A stretch of 64,000 nucleotides of DNA from positions 186,001 through 250,000 of IMG/VR virus record IMGVR_UViG_3300007513_000001. The stretch is one strand, 5' to 3'. The notes below the pieces were generated by a model that was given only the letters and a program-made list of their open reading frames with translations, was not told the origin of the DNA and did not search any database. Below, one piece after another: positions 29,759 to 39,300 of this stretch (position 1 is the first letter of the stretch; each line of letters begins with the position of its first letter). The position numbers and the translations under genes are program-made.

Positions 29759-30464
29759 ATCAATAGAGCTTTATGGAGACGGCATTGGCTCTGTAGATTA
29801 TGTCGACCACATGGGTTCCGATCTTACTATTGTCAACAGCGCTCGCGTATCATTTGGCAAGCAAAAAATGACAATGGATAAAAGAGATGAAAAACTTATT
29901 AAGTACCTTATGGAACACAAGCACACCTCAACGATGGAACACAATATTGTTACGTTTCGTTTTACTGTTCCTCTTTACGTTAGGTCTCAGCATCATCGTC
30001 ATAGAACTTGGTCCTATAATGAGATCTCTCGCAGATACACGGATGTAGATATTAGATTTTATGAACCAAAATCTTTTAGAACTCAGCATGAATCAAATCG
30101 ACAAGCGTCTAATACAAAAGAATTAATCAATCCAGAGTTAAATTTGGGCGGCGGCAAATATAAGATGACAGCTGCGGAGGCATCAATCGGACTTCGAAAT
30201 ACTTCACTAGAACTTTTTAATTTATTGATTGAATCTGGTGTTTGCCGAGAACAAGCCAGAGGAATACTCCCGCAAAACATGTACACAGAATACTATGGTA
30301 CTGTCGATCTAAATAATTTGCTTAAATTTGTTGAGCTTAGAACGCATGATGGTGCTCAGTGGGAAATTCAAAAAGTCGCTGAAGCTTGTTTAGATATTGC
30401 TGAAACTCTGTGGCCAATTACTATTAATTGTTACAGAGAAACTAGGGGCAAAACTCATGAATGA
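29748..30464 (+). CDS. thyX: Flavin-dependent thymidylate synthase
   Basis: RHRTWSYNEISRRY signature, ARVSF, EQAR..LP and AQWEI. Start at ATG 29748 with GAGG SD. Confidence 0.95.
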   Translation: MENKSIELYGDGIGSVDYVDHMGSDLTIVNSARVSFGKQKMTMDKRDEKLIKYLMEHKHTSTMEHNIVTFRFTVPLYVRSQHHRHRTWSYNEISRRYTDVDIRFYEPKSFRTQHESNRQASNTKELINPELNLGGGKYKMTAAEASIGLRNTSLELFNLLIESGVCREQARGILPQNMYTEYYGTVDLNNLLKFVELRTHDGAQWEIQKVAEACLDIAETLWPITINCYRETRGKTHE

Positions 30465-30675
30465 AAATGACAGATCTACCCTTAATGACAAGCAAATGCT
30501 TTTCACGCTTATTACAGCTTTGGTTAAGCGTGAGGGTGGAGAAATACGAATTTCTGAAGAAGAGATGGATTCCGTTATAAAACAAGACATCATGATGATG
30601 TATTATGATAAAAAATTAGCTGAAATAATTTTAACAGTAAAGCTTTTGGGGTCTGAAATATCTGGAGAACAATGA
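30457..30675 (+). CDS. Hypothetical protein
   Basis: ATG overlaps the end of thyX; GGGG SD. Confidence 0.5.
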   Translation: MNENDRSTLNDKQMLFTLITALVKREGGEIRISEEEMDSVIKQDIMMMYYDKKLAEIILTVKLLGSEISGEQ

Positions 30676-30709
30676 TTAAATCTTCTATACTTATAGAAGT
30701 GGTGAAGAG

Positions 30710-30892
30710 ATGTTTTTTCTAAAAATTTGGAATTTTTTAAAAATAAAATTTAAAAAAAAAGATCCTATTGCTGATGAGCTCCCAGAAACCATAATTTATT
30801 TTAATGAGTACTCGCATTATAGACTAAAGTTTAATGCTGATAAAAACATGTATCAAAAAGTTCTCGAATATCAAGAAGAGAACATAGATTAA
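30710..30892 (+). CDS. Hypothetical small protein
   Basis: GGTG SD and ATACTTA motif upstream. Confidence 0.4.
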   Translation: MFFLKIWNFLKIKFKKKDPIADELPETIIYFNEYSHYRLKFNADKNMYQKVLEYQEENID

Positions 30893-30937
30893 TAGAAGAA
30901 CGTATTATATTTATAGACGTTAACCCAGTGAGCGTTT

Positions 30938-31177
30938 ATGTCTAGTTCTAATAAGTGCATTGAAGTCTCTGAATCGATATTAAAGTTAAGAACTTTAAGA
31001 GAAAAGCTCTGTAAAAATGACGATGAATGGAAAAAAGCTTTTGAAGTAAGAGACTATGTTATAAGTGGATTGCAAGAACTTCAAGACATGCTTGACGATG
31101 AAACAACAGCTAAAAAAGATTGTTCTTTAAAATTGAGAGAAATATTACATTACTTCAAGGAAAACAACAATGTCTGA
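30938..31177 (+). CDS. Hypothetical protein
   Basis: ORF track; overlaps the next gene. Confidence 0.5.
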   Translation: MSSSNKCIEVSESILKLRTLREKLCKNDDEWKKAFEVRDYVISGLQELQDMLDDETTAKKDCSLKLREILHYFKENNNV

Positions 31178-31490
31178 TCAAGATGGCTGGAGCGAATATT
31201 CTCGTTTAGTTCTTAAAGAGCTTGAAACCTTAGCGTCAAGCATACAATCTTTAAATTCTGAAATTCAAGAGCTCAAACAAGAGATTGCTAGAATGAGAGA
31301 ACGCGAAGACCGAGTTGACGAGCTTCGAGCGTGGAAAGAAAAAGTCGATGAAGTTGCTTCCCCATCTCAATTACAAACTGTACTCAAAGAAGTAGATGAT
31401 CTCAAACAGTTTAAAACGAAAGCAGTTACAATCTTTGCGGTTGTGCAGTTTGGCATGGCGTTTTTCGCTTGGGCAATGAAATTTATGTAA
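31170..31490 (+). CDS. Coiled-coil protein with a C-terminal membrane anchor
   Basis: Heptad-rich N-terminal part followed by AVTIFAVVQFGMAFFAWAM. Confidence 0.6.
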   Translation: MSDQDGWSEYSRLVLKELETLASSIQSLNSEIQELKQEIARMREREDRVDELRAWKEKVDEVASPSQLQTVLKEVDDLKQFKTKAVTIFAVVQFGMAFFAWAMKFM

Positions 31491-31513
31491 AGATTATTTG
31501 ATTGTGTTATAAT
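31485..31513 (+). promoter_or_regulatory. Sigma70-like promoter with extended -10, probably leaderless
   Basis: ATGTAA-N17-TATAAT with TG at -15/-14; ATG lies 6 nt downstream. Confidence 0.65.
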
Positions 31514-31519
31514 CAAATA

Positions 31520-32329
31520 ATGACGAATGAAGAATTCCAGCGCTTACTTGGAAAAGGTTTATGGTGGGACCAAGTAATTAATCCAAAGACAAGATCGTGC
31601 TACGATGATCTTAAAAATCTGCCGAATGTATTTGAGTGTTTCTGCCAGGCTCATCCCCTTCCAATACGCCCAGCTTTACCATATTACGATGGCGATAAAA
31701 AAATCACAACTTTGCTAGCAGGAATTCCAAGATCGGGAAACACTGTTACCTGGCAGATTTTAAACTCTTTAACCGATGGCCATGTTGTTAGAACCCACGG
31801 GTTTGCGGATAGCTGCCCTCTTTTATATGATTTTAGCGAAATTATTATAACTGTTAGGCACCCTTATGATGTAGCACATTCTATGAAAAGGCTGGGGTGG
31901 TATTCTAAAGAAAAAAATAAAGAAATTTGGAGCGATTTAAAAAACTTTACAAAGGTCAGTCAGTTTCAAAACTTAGGTTATCGCGCTGATTTAAAAATAA
32001 CGTATTTAAAATACGAAGAAGTCTGGAATAAGCCAGAGCAAAGAATAAGATATTTGAGCGACTTTTTAAATAAAAAACTGACAAATCAAGAGTTCAAAAA
32101 TGTTCTTTACGATACATCGATAGAAAAAAATATAAAAAGATCTAAAGCTCAAAGAATTCTATCTTTTAAAGCTGGGAAAAAGATTCAAGATAAAAATAAA
32201 ATTAATCCAAACCATATCGGCCCAAGAAAGGGTGCTCCCGGCGAAGGCCAAAATCTAAATAGAGATACGAAGATGGAAGTTTTTCAAACTTGCAGTTGGG
32301 CTTTTAATTGTTTTGGATATGAAAGATAG
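31520..32329 (+). CDS. Sulfotransferase-family protein
   Basis: 5'-PSB loop GIPRSGNT, 3'-PB motif VRHPYDVAHS and LKYEE. Confidence 0.7.
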   Translation: MTNEEFQRLLGKGLWWDQVINPKTRSCYDDLKNLPNVFECFCQAHPLPIRPALPYYDGDKKITTLLAGIPRSGNTVTWQILNSLTDGHVVRTHGFADSCPLLYDFSEIIITVRHPYDVAHSMKRLGWYSKEKNKEIWSDLKNFTKVSQFQNLGYRADLKITYLKYEEVWNKPEQRIRYLSDFLNKKLTNQEFKNVLYDTSIEKNIKRSKAQRILSFKAGKKIQDKNKINPNHIGPRKGAPGEGQNLNRDTKMEVFQTCSWAFNCFGYER

Positions 32330-32337
32330 GAGAAGAT

Positions 32338-33144
32338 ATGCCTGAAGGGCCAGAATGTAAAAGGATTGGGGAGTCTCTCGCTCGAGAAGTCTCTAATAAG
32401 ACCATCGTGGGTATCGATATTTTAGGAGGCAGATATACTAAGAAAGAGCCTTCCGGTTTATCAGATTTAATTTCTGAATTGCCAGTAGGCGTCGTTGGAG
32501 TGGGCGTGCATGGAAAATTTATTTATTGGATCTTGCTCAAAGAATACTCTCTTTGGAACACGTTGGGAATGAGTGGATTTTGGTCTGGTGAAAAACAAAA
32601 GCATTCTAGAATAAGATTTAGCTTTTTAGATGGCTCTCAAGTTTATTTTAACGACACTAGAAATTTTGGAACTGTTAAGTTAGTAAAGGGAAAATCTGAG
32701 CTAGTAAAAAAACTACAGTCTCTTGGACCAGACATGCTTTCAGAAGACGTAGAAGACTCAACTTTTATTTCAGCTTTAAGAAAAAAGAATAAGCACAACA
32801 TTTGCAAAGTTATCATGGATCAAAGCGTAATAGCTGGTGTCGGAAATTATGTAAAAGCAGAATCTCTTTGGCTTGCTAAAATTAATCCAGCTAACGCAGT
32901 ATCAGAGTTAAATGATGAAAAGCTTGTTTCGCTTAACACTTCTATAAAAAATGTTCTTAGAGCTTCTTACCAAAGCGGAGGAGCAACAATTAAATCATAT
33001 CAAAATTTTAACGGTGAAATTGGAGATTACTCTTCGAAGTTTTTAGTATATAATCAGAAAACTGATCCTCACGGAAACAAAGTAATCAAATATCGAACTC
33101 CAGACGGAAGAACGACGCACTGGGTACCAGAAATTCAAATTTAG
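32338..33144 (+). CDS. Fpg/Nei DNA glycosylase-AP lyase lacking a Zn finger
   Basis: N-terminal MPEGPE, HGKF, LGMSG, F.D.R.FG, LGPD and H2TH DQ..IAGVGNY...E.L. The C-terminus GRTTHWVP has no cysteines. Confidence 0.92.
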   Translation: MPEGPECKRIGESLAREVSNKTIVGIDILGGRYTKKEPSGLSDLISELPVGVVGVGVHGKFIYWILLKEYSLWNTLGMSGFWSGEKQKHSRIRFSFLDGSQVYFNDTRNFGTVKLVKGKSELVKKLQSLGPDMLSEDVEDSTFISALRKKNKHNICKVIMDQSVIAGVGNYVKAESLWLAKINPANAVSELNDEKLVSLNTSIKNVLRASYQSGGATIKSYQNFNGEIGDYSSKFLVYNQKTDPHGNKVIKYRTPDGRTTHWVPEIQI

Positions 33145-33153
33145 GAGAATAAA

Positions 33154-33432
33154 ATGGCAGAAAATAATTATAAAATGACAGATCACGCAATCGCGCACGT
33201 TGCTAAGCTCGTTCAGGTTGCTATGCTTACTGGCACAGATATTGTCGACCACTTGAGATCTCTAGAGTTTTCTTTAGATGAGTCTGGAAATCTTGTACCG
33301 GCAGAAAAGTCTTTATCTTCTTTAGGCATGGAAATTGAATCTATGTTTACTGAAATTGAAAATTCGCAACCCCAAGAAGAAGAAAACAATTTTCAATTAG
33401 ATTCTCGAAACGTCTCTATTTTTGAAGCTTAA
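33154..33432 (+). CDS. Hypothetical protein
   Basis: AGGAG SD; QVAMLTGTDIVDHLR segment. Confidence 0.6.
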   Translation: MAENNYKMTDHAIAHVAKLVQVAMLTGTDIVDHLRSLEFSLDESGNLVPAEKSLSSLGMEIESMFTEIENSQPQEEENNFQLDSRNVSIFEA

Positions 33433-33471
33433 AGCGAAAATGTGATACTTAGCATTAGCAAGTGTCATACA

Positions 33472-34281
33472 ATGAAAGCATCAAACAAAAGAGAAAAAAT
33501 AAAGCTTAGCCAAAAATATTCAGAAATGAATTTTTGGAAGAGCTCTCTTGAAGATATAAAAGATTTATTTCATGCTTATGATATAGAATTATCTGATTTT
33601 TTGCAACAACTAGAATTTGCGGTCGGGGAATCTGTTAAATCTCCAACAGAAGAAACTTCAATAATAAACCGAGAAGAAAAAGAAGATCCTCAAGCTAAGC
33701 TTGAAAACCCCCAATCTTGCAAAGAGTCTTTTGAAGAAAAAGAAAGAGAAGTTTACAATAATTCTGCTCCTTCGTGGATGAAAAAAGCTTTTAAAGCTAT
33801 TGCGATAAAAACGCATCCAGACAAAGTTTTATTTAGAGACGACTTATCTGAATCGCAAAAAGAAGATTTAGTAAAAAAATATGCTGCAGCTGCTGATGCA
33901 ATAGCGTCATCAAGCGGAATTGCTCTGTTGGAGATATCGAAATCTTTAGATATTGAATTAGATCTTTCGCCTAAAGAGCAGATTGATATGCTAGAAAACA
34001 AAATAAAAAAAATAAAATCTGAAATCCATGATCATAAAGCAATGGTTTCTTGGTCTTGGGGAGAATCTGAAGGAGATTTAAGCACTAGGACTAATTTAAT
34101 AGTTTACGTTAGAAGCTATTTGAAAAAACCAGTTTTAAATGCTAGCACAATAAAAACTCTTATAGAGAAATACGAAAATGGAGAAACTCTTTTTGAAAAA
34201 AACAATAAAAGAGATAAAATATTAAAAAGAAAAGTAGGAACGCACCCACATCCAAGCATCGGGAAAATGAGAAAAAAATGA
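33472..34281 (+). CDS. J-domain (DnaJ-like) protein
   Basis: KKAFKAIAIKTHPDK, the helix II-HPD motif. Confidence 0.7.
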   Translation: MKASNKREKIKLSQKYSEMNFWKSSLEDIKDLFHAYDIELSDFLQQLEFAVGESVKSPTEETSIINREEKEDPQAKLENPQSCKESFEEKEREVYNNSAPSWMKKAFKAIAIKTHPDKVLFRDDLSESQKEDLVKKYAAAADAIASSSGIALLEISKSLDIELDLSPKEQIDMLENKIKKIKSEIHDHKAMVSWSWGESEGDLSTRTNLIVYVRSYLKKPVLNASTIKTLIEKYENGETLFEKNNKRDKILKRKVGTHPHPSIGKMRKK

Positions 34282-34538
34282 AAGAAGGATCTCTTATTGT
34301 TTTTGAGCAATCAGCCCACGGTCAAGCTTTAGCAGACTACAAACTAAAAAATGTAGAAAATCAAATGGAGCTTTTTACATACCATTCAGCTCTAATAGAG
34401 CCTGGTGATTATGGAGTAATATGTAAATTACAAAAATTTGACTCTTTTAACCATGTGCTTTTAGCTGATGTTTTGATTGGAGATACTTTAATTTTCGATG
34501 TAGATCTAAGCGTTACTGAAATTTCTATAGTAAATTAG
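34278..34538 (+). CDS. Hypothetical protein
   Basis: ATGA overlap with the preceding gene. Confidence 0.5.
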   Translation: MKEGSLIVFEQSAHGQALADYKLKNVENQMELFTYHSALIEPGDYGVICKLQKFDSFNHVLLADVLIGDTLIFDVDLSVTEISIVN

Positions 34539-35269
34539 AAACATTCTCTAGCTAAAGATACGCTGCCACCTTCACCAACTATAAAAGTTTTGATTTTGAC
34601 GTGAGGAAAATAATCTTTGCAAAGGTCGGCAATAGCATTGACGTTTCCTGAGCTGTCATCATAGAAATAAACTTCTTCTGGGTTATACTGATCTATGTAA
34701 GATCTCATTATTTTAGCTTTTGCTCCTGGTCCACCGCCACTGTCTCCCGCGGTGTTGATGTCAGAGCTAGATATGCTTAGTCCTTGATCAGATAAAAATT
34801 GAGCTATGTCTTTTTGATTAGTTGGGGTTATATTTTTTCCAGCTAGCGATTGAAGGTTTGAAGTTCCAGACCTAGCAGTAATGATTACTAGCATAGATCC
34901 GGGCATACCTTGCGCGCTTTTCGCGATAGACAAAACATTGTCTATGGGAGAAACTGTATCTAAATCAATGCTTGCTGTTTTAGAAAAATCAAACTTGTCT
35001 TCTAGTTCGTTGGCTGTTAAGAAATTTAGGTCTTTTCTTGCTTTTTCTTCGTATTTAGCAAAATCTTCTGAAGAGAACCAAACAACTTCACTCGAAGTTT
35101 CTCGATCATCAACAGCTTCAAAGTCTAAATTGTTATCGATAATCCAGTCCATAAATTGCGGATCTGATTCGTTGTTAGAATTAATTCTTTGTACTCCGAT
35201 TATACTGTTGGTGATAGCCAACGTATCATCAAAATCAAAAGCGAACAATTTTTTGATATTTTGAGGCAT
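34535..35269 (-). CDS. HAD-superfamily hydrolase
   Basis: Motif I FDFDDTL, II ITARS, III K, IV FYDDS. AGGA SD. Confidence 0.8.
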   Translation of the reverse strand: MPQNIKKLFAFDFDDTLAITNSIIGVQRINSNNESDPQFMDWIIDNNLDFEAVDDRETSSEVVWFSSEDFAKYEEKARKDLNFLTANELEDKFDFSKTASIDLDTVSPIDNVLSIAKSAQGMPGSMLVIITARSGTSNLQSLAGKNITPTNQKDIAQFLSDQGLSISSSDINTAGDSGGGPGAKAKIMRSYIDQYNPEEVYFYDDSSGNVNAIADLCKDYFPHVKIKTFIVGEGGSVSLARECF

Positions 35270-35321
35270 TTTTTAGTTTCCTTTTATAAAATATAAATAT
35301 TAATGATAAAGTGAGATACTA

Positions 35322-35612
35322 ATGAATTCTTTACGTCTGTTAATTAGAGAGATTCTAAGAGAGCAAGTTGTTGGCTATACGCCGCCGTCTAAAGATGACG
35401 ATGACAATAGCGGTTATATAGAGTTTGGCGATTTGTCGGCACCTTCGAAAGAAAAAACTTCTGAAACAGAAGATCCAGAAGATCAAGAACAGCTAAGCGC
35501 GCAAGAGCAACAATTAACTCAGCAGCGCCAGCAAGACATAGACAAAAAAGACGCTAATGCTGTAAACTACGACGGAAGGGAACTACAAAGATTAAGAAAT
35601 TCAACAGGATAA
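35322..35612 (+). CDS. Hypothetical acidic protein, possible internal virion protein
   Basis: N-terminal LRLLIREILREQ motif. Confidence 0.55.
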   Translation: MNSLRLLIREILREQVVGYTPPSKDDDDNSGYIEFGDLSAPSKEKTSETEDPEDQEQLSAQEQQLTQQRQQDIDKKDANAVNYDGRELQRLRNSTG

Positions 35613-35613
35613 A

Positions 35614-35642
35614 GTGAAAAACCTCTCGTTATTTGATATAAT
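35614..35642 (+). promoter_or_regulatory. Sigma70-like promoter for dnaE
   Basis: GTGAAA-N17-TATAAT with an extended TG. Confidence 0.65.
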
Positions 35643-35665
35643 GGATTATCAATAGAGGTTTTTAA

Positions 35666-38600
35666 GTGAAGGTTCCTAGTAAGTTTTTTGGTTTGCATTC
35701 CCATTCTGGTTTTTCTATTTTTGATGGTCTTGGATACCCCCAAGAGCATATTGACTTTTGCCGCGAAAATGGATTAGATGGTTGGTCTTTGACCGATCAT
35801 GGTCATATGAACGGTTTTGCGCATGCTTATCTCCATACAGAAAAATTAAATAAAGCTGGAGGCAACTTTAAGCTTATTCCGGGTTGTGAAATGTATGTCC
35901 ACCCAGATTTAGACGTGTGGAAGCTAGATTATGAAATAAACAAAATGGCTAAAAAAGGCGACAAAGAAGCTTTGGATATTCTAAAAAAGCAAAGAGAAGC
36001 AATTCAAACTCCGCTTTTAGCTTTTGTAGATGAACACGATGAAACTTTAGATGTCGGTTTAGAGGGTGCCTCTTTAACTGTTGAAAACGAGGAAGAAACG
36101 AAATCAGGAAAATTTTACGATCCAATCAAACGTCGACACCATTTAGTAGTTTTACCGAAAACGTCTGAAGGTCTACAAAGGTTGTTTCATTTGATTTCTA
36201 GAGGGTACACAGAAGGATTCTATAGGTTTCCAAGAGTGGACTATAAGATGCTTAAAGAGGCAGCCAAGGGAGGCCATCTAATGGTTTCGACAGCTTGTAT
36301 TGGCGGCCCTTTAGCTTATGACGTATTTCAACCACTACAAGAAACTAACTTTGAAGATCTTATTCCTTCGCTTTTTGATGACGAATCTTTGAGAAATAAA
36401 ATTCTTTCTAAGTTTGAATATTCTTATGACCAGCTCGCAGACGCTGTTGGCGAAGAAAACGTTATGCTAGAACTTCAATTCAACAAGCTTCCAGCTCAGC
36501 ACTTAGTGAATAGAGCAATATTAGAATTTGCAAGAACACGGTCTTTAACCGACCAACTTGTCGTTACTTGCGATTCTCATTATGCTTCTCCAGAGCACTG
36601 GAAAGAAAGAGAACTCTATAAAAAGTTGGGCTGGCTAAATTATAAAAGCTTTAATCCAGACAATCTTCCAAAATCTAAAGACGATCTTAAGTGTGAGCTT
36701 TATCCTAAAAATGCTCAACAGGTGTGGGAATCTTATCTTGAAACTTCTGCTGAGCATGATTTTTATAATAGCGATGAAATATTTGAAGCTATCGAAAGAA
36801 CTCACGATGTAGCTCACGAAATGATTGGCGAGATACACCCAGACCGCAAAATGAAACTTCCGTCGTATGTCGTTCCAGAAGGGGTGACAGCAAATAAAGC
36901 TCTTTTAGAAGCTTCTAAAGAGGGGCTGGTCAAGCGAGGGCTAGCAAATAAGCCAGAATATGTGGAGCGGATGAAAACCGAGCTAAAAGTTATTTTTGAT
37001 AAAAACTTTTCTGAGTATTTTCTTACAATGAAAGCAATTATTGATTTAGCTCGAGAAAAAATGCTAGCTGGCCCAGGTCGAGGCTCTGGTGCGGGATCTT
37101 TAGTAAACTATGCACTGTATATTACGGATATCGATCCTGTAGAATATGGGCTTTTGTTTGAGCGTTTTATGTCTCCAGAGCGTACTGAAATGCCAGATAT
37201 CGATACAGATATTGCGGATAGAGATGAGCTCATCAAGATTCTTAGAAGTAATTTTGGAAATAAAAACGTAATTCCAATTTCAAATTACAATACTTTTAAA
37301 ATCAAGAGTCTTCTTAAAGATGTATCTAGGTTTTACGGCATTGAGTTTTCTGAAGTAAACAAAACTTTAGCTTCATTAGAAAGAGAAGTAGCCCAAGGAA
37401 GAAAAGCTGACGGCGTAGATGCAGCTTTTGATATTAGTTTTGAAGAAGCTAAAAAGTATTCTACGAAAGTCAGAGATTATCTAGAAAAATACCCGCAAAT
37501 TGCTGATCCTATAAACGTGTTATATAAGCAAAACAAGGCTCTCGGCCGACACGCTGGTGGAGTAATTGTATCTGAAAAGATCGAAGAAAGAATGCCGTTG
37601 ATTGTTGCTAGGGGAGAAATGCAAACTCCTTGGGTAGAAGGCATGAACTATAAACATCTAGAAGAATTTGGGTGGATCAAATTTGATTTACTTGGATTGG
37701 AAACACTTAGAATTATTGAGAGGACTATTTCTCTTGTTTTAGAAAAGTCTGGAATAGAAAATCCTTCTTTCGAGCAAATTGTTGAATGGTACAATTCTCA
37801 TATTGCTCCAAATGTGATAGATTTCAACGACCAAAAAGTTTATGAAAATGTTTATCACTCTGGAAGATGGGCTGGAATTTTTCAGTGTACTCAGCGAGGA
37901 GCTCAAGCGCTTTTCAAAAGAGCTAAGCCGGTAGGGTTAGTTGATTTGGCTACTTTGACTTCTATTTACCGACCAGGTCCACTGTCTGCCAAAGTAGACA
38001 AACTTTATATTAAGGCTAAAAACAATCCAGAAAATGTTTTTTATGGTCATCCATTGATTGAACAAGTTCTTAATTCAACTTATGGAATGATTATTTTTCA
38101 AGAGCAAGTAATGGAGCTTTGCCACGTGGTTGCTGGATTCCCTAAAGCTGAATGTAACAAACTTAGAAAAATGATGAAGCCAGTTGGTTCTGGTAATGAA
38201 AACATAAAGAAAGCTGCCGCCCTTAAGAATAAGTTTGTAGAAGGCGCATCAAAAAATGGTGTAGAGAAAAATATTGCTAGCGAGCTTTATGATAGGATTC
38301 TGTATTTCTCTGGGTACGGATTTAATAAGTCTCACGCGGTTTCTTATGCTGTGAACTCATATCATTGTGCATGGTTCATGACCTATTTTGAACAAGAGTG
38401 GATTCAAGCTTACTTAGAAGCATGTTCAGGAAATCCTAAAAAGCTTTCAAAGGCTTTAAGCGAAGTAAAGGCGCTTGGCTATAAAATAGTCCCAATTGAC
38501 ATTAATAAAGCTGGTAAAGCTTGGACTTGCATAGACGATAATTCTTTGATGCCCTCATTTTTGTCTTGCAAAGGTGTGGGCGCAGCAGCGGTTGAAGAAA

Positions 38601-39265
38601 TTTTGGAAAAACGCCCTTACAAATCGCTTGAAGATATGTTTTGGAGTGAAGATGGAACTTGGAAGCATGCTAAATTCAACAAGAGAGCTATAGAGTCCTT
38701 GATAAAAATTAGAGCTTTTGACTCCCTAGAGTGCGTCGGCCCAGACAAAGATTTTAAGAGTTATGCGCATATGCACTCTGTTGTTATAGAAAACTTTAAC
38801 GAGCTTAGAAAACGTACTAAGAAAGATCCTTATCGTGGAAAAAATAATTTCTTTAAAATTCTTGTAGAGAGCTCTGAAATTTCTGAGTGGTCTTTCGACG
38901 CAATGATGAATTTTGAACAAGAGCTTTTGGGAACCATTAATGTAGAAGCTCTTTTACCAGAAAAATTTGTAAAAAGAATGAATGACAAAAATATTCTTTC
39001 TTTAGATGAACATTGTGGTAGAGAGTTTTACTGGTTTGTTTTAACAAAAGCAATCCCCAAACTCACAAAAAACAAGAAGCCGTACTTACTCTTGAACGGC
39101 ATAGCTTCAACAGGAAAATCTCATAGAATGTTTTGCTGGGGAGTGCCCAAAGATGCTGATTTAGATCCTTTTACTTTTTGCATCGCAGAAGTAGATAAAA
39201 ATGATTTCGGAATGTCTACGAAGTGGAACAGGATCAAAAAATTTAGCTTTAATGATCTTTCTTAA
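35666..39265 (+). CDS. dnaE: DNA polymerase III alpha subunit (family C)
   Basis: PHP motifs HSH..FS..DG, TDHG, GCE, CDSHY; also GPGRGSGAGSLV, FERF, PDIDTD, RHAGG, KFDLLGL and GYGFNKSHA. Confidence 0.96.
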   Translation: MKVPSKFFGLHSHSGFSIFDGLGYPQEHIDFCRENGLDGWSLTDHGHMNGFAHAYLHTEKLNKAGGNFKLIPGCEMYVHPDLDVWKLDYEINKMAKKGDKEALDILKKQREAIQTPLLAFVDEHDETLDVGLEGASLTVENEEETKSGKFYDPIKRRHHLVVLPKTSEGLQRLFHLISRGYTEGFYRFPRVDYKMLKEAAKGGHLMVSTACIGGPLAYDVFQPLQETNFEDLIPSLFDDESLRNKILSKFEYSYDQLADAVGEENVMLELQFNKLPAQHLVNRAILEFARTRSLTDQLVVTCDSHYASPEHWKERELYKKLGWLNYKSFNPDNLPKSKDDLKCELYPKNAQQVWESYLETSAEHDFYNSDEIFEAIERTHDVAHEMIGEIHPDRKMKLPSYVVPEGVTANKALLEASKEGLVKRGLANKPEYVERMKTELKVIFDKNFSEYFLTMKAIIDLAREKMLAGPGRGSGAGSLVNYALYITDIDPVEYGLLFERFMSPERTEMPDIDTDIADRDELIKILRSNFGNKNVIPISNYNTFKIKSLLKDVSRFYGIEFSEVNKTLASLEREVAQGRKADGVDAAFDISFEEAKKYSTKVRDYLEKYPQIADPINVLYKQNKALGRHAGGVIVSEKIEERMPLIVARGEMQTPWVEGMNYKHLEEFGWIKFDLLGLETLRIIERTISLVLEKSGIENPSFEQIVEWYNSHIAPNVIDFNDQKVYENVYHSGRWAGIFQCTQRGAQALFKRAKPVGLVDLATLTSIYRPGPLSAKVDKLYIKAKNNPENVFYGHPLIEQVLNSTYGMIIFQEQVMELCHVVAGFPKAECNKLRKMMKPVGSGNENIKKAAALKNKFVEGASKNGVEKNIASELYDRILYFSGYGFNKSHAVSYAVNSYHCAWFMTYFEQEWIQAYLEACSGNPKKLSKALSEVKALGYKIVPIDINKAGKAWTCIDDNSLMPSFLSCKGVGAAAVEEILEKRPYKSLEDMFWSEDGTWKHAKFNKRAIESLIKIRAFDSLECVGPDKDFKSYAHMHSVVIENFNELRKRTKKDPYRGKNNFFKILVESSEISEWSFDAMMNFEQELLGTINVEALLPEKFVKRMNDKNILSLDEHCGREFYWFVLTKAIPKLTKNKKPYLLLNGIASTGKSHRMFCWGVPKDADLDPFTFCIAEVDKNDFGMSTKWNRIKKFSFNDLS

Positions 39266-39294
39266 TTGTAAAAATCACAAACTCGGAGTAGAAT
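39266..39294 (+). promoter_or_regulatory. Sigma70-like promoter heading the base-modification operon
   Basis: TTGTAA-N17-TAGAAT; ATG lies 6 nt downstream. Confidence 0.65.
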
Positions 39295-39300
39295 AATCTT

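Noticed and set aside
25277-39265. Inteins or introns in nrdJ and dnaE
   Set aside because: Lengths are normal and no C...HN splice motifs or homing-endonuclease domains were seen. The roughly 60-aa PHP insertion in DnaE is not intein-like.
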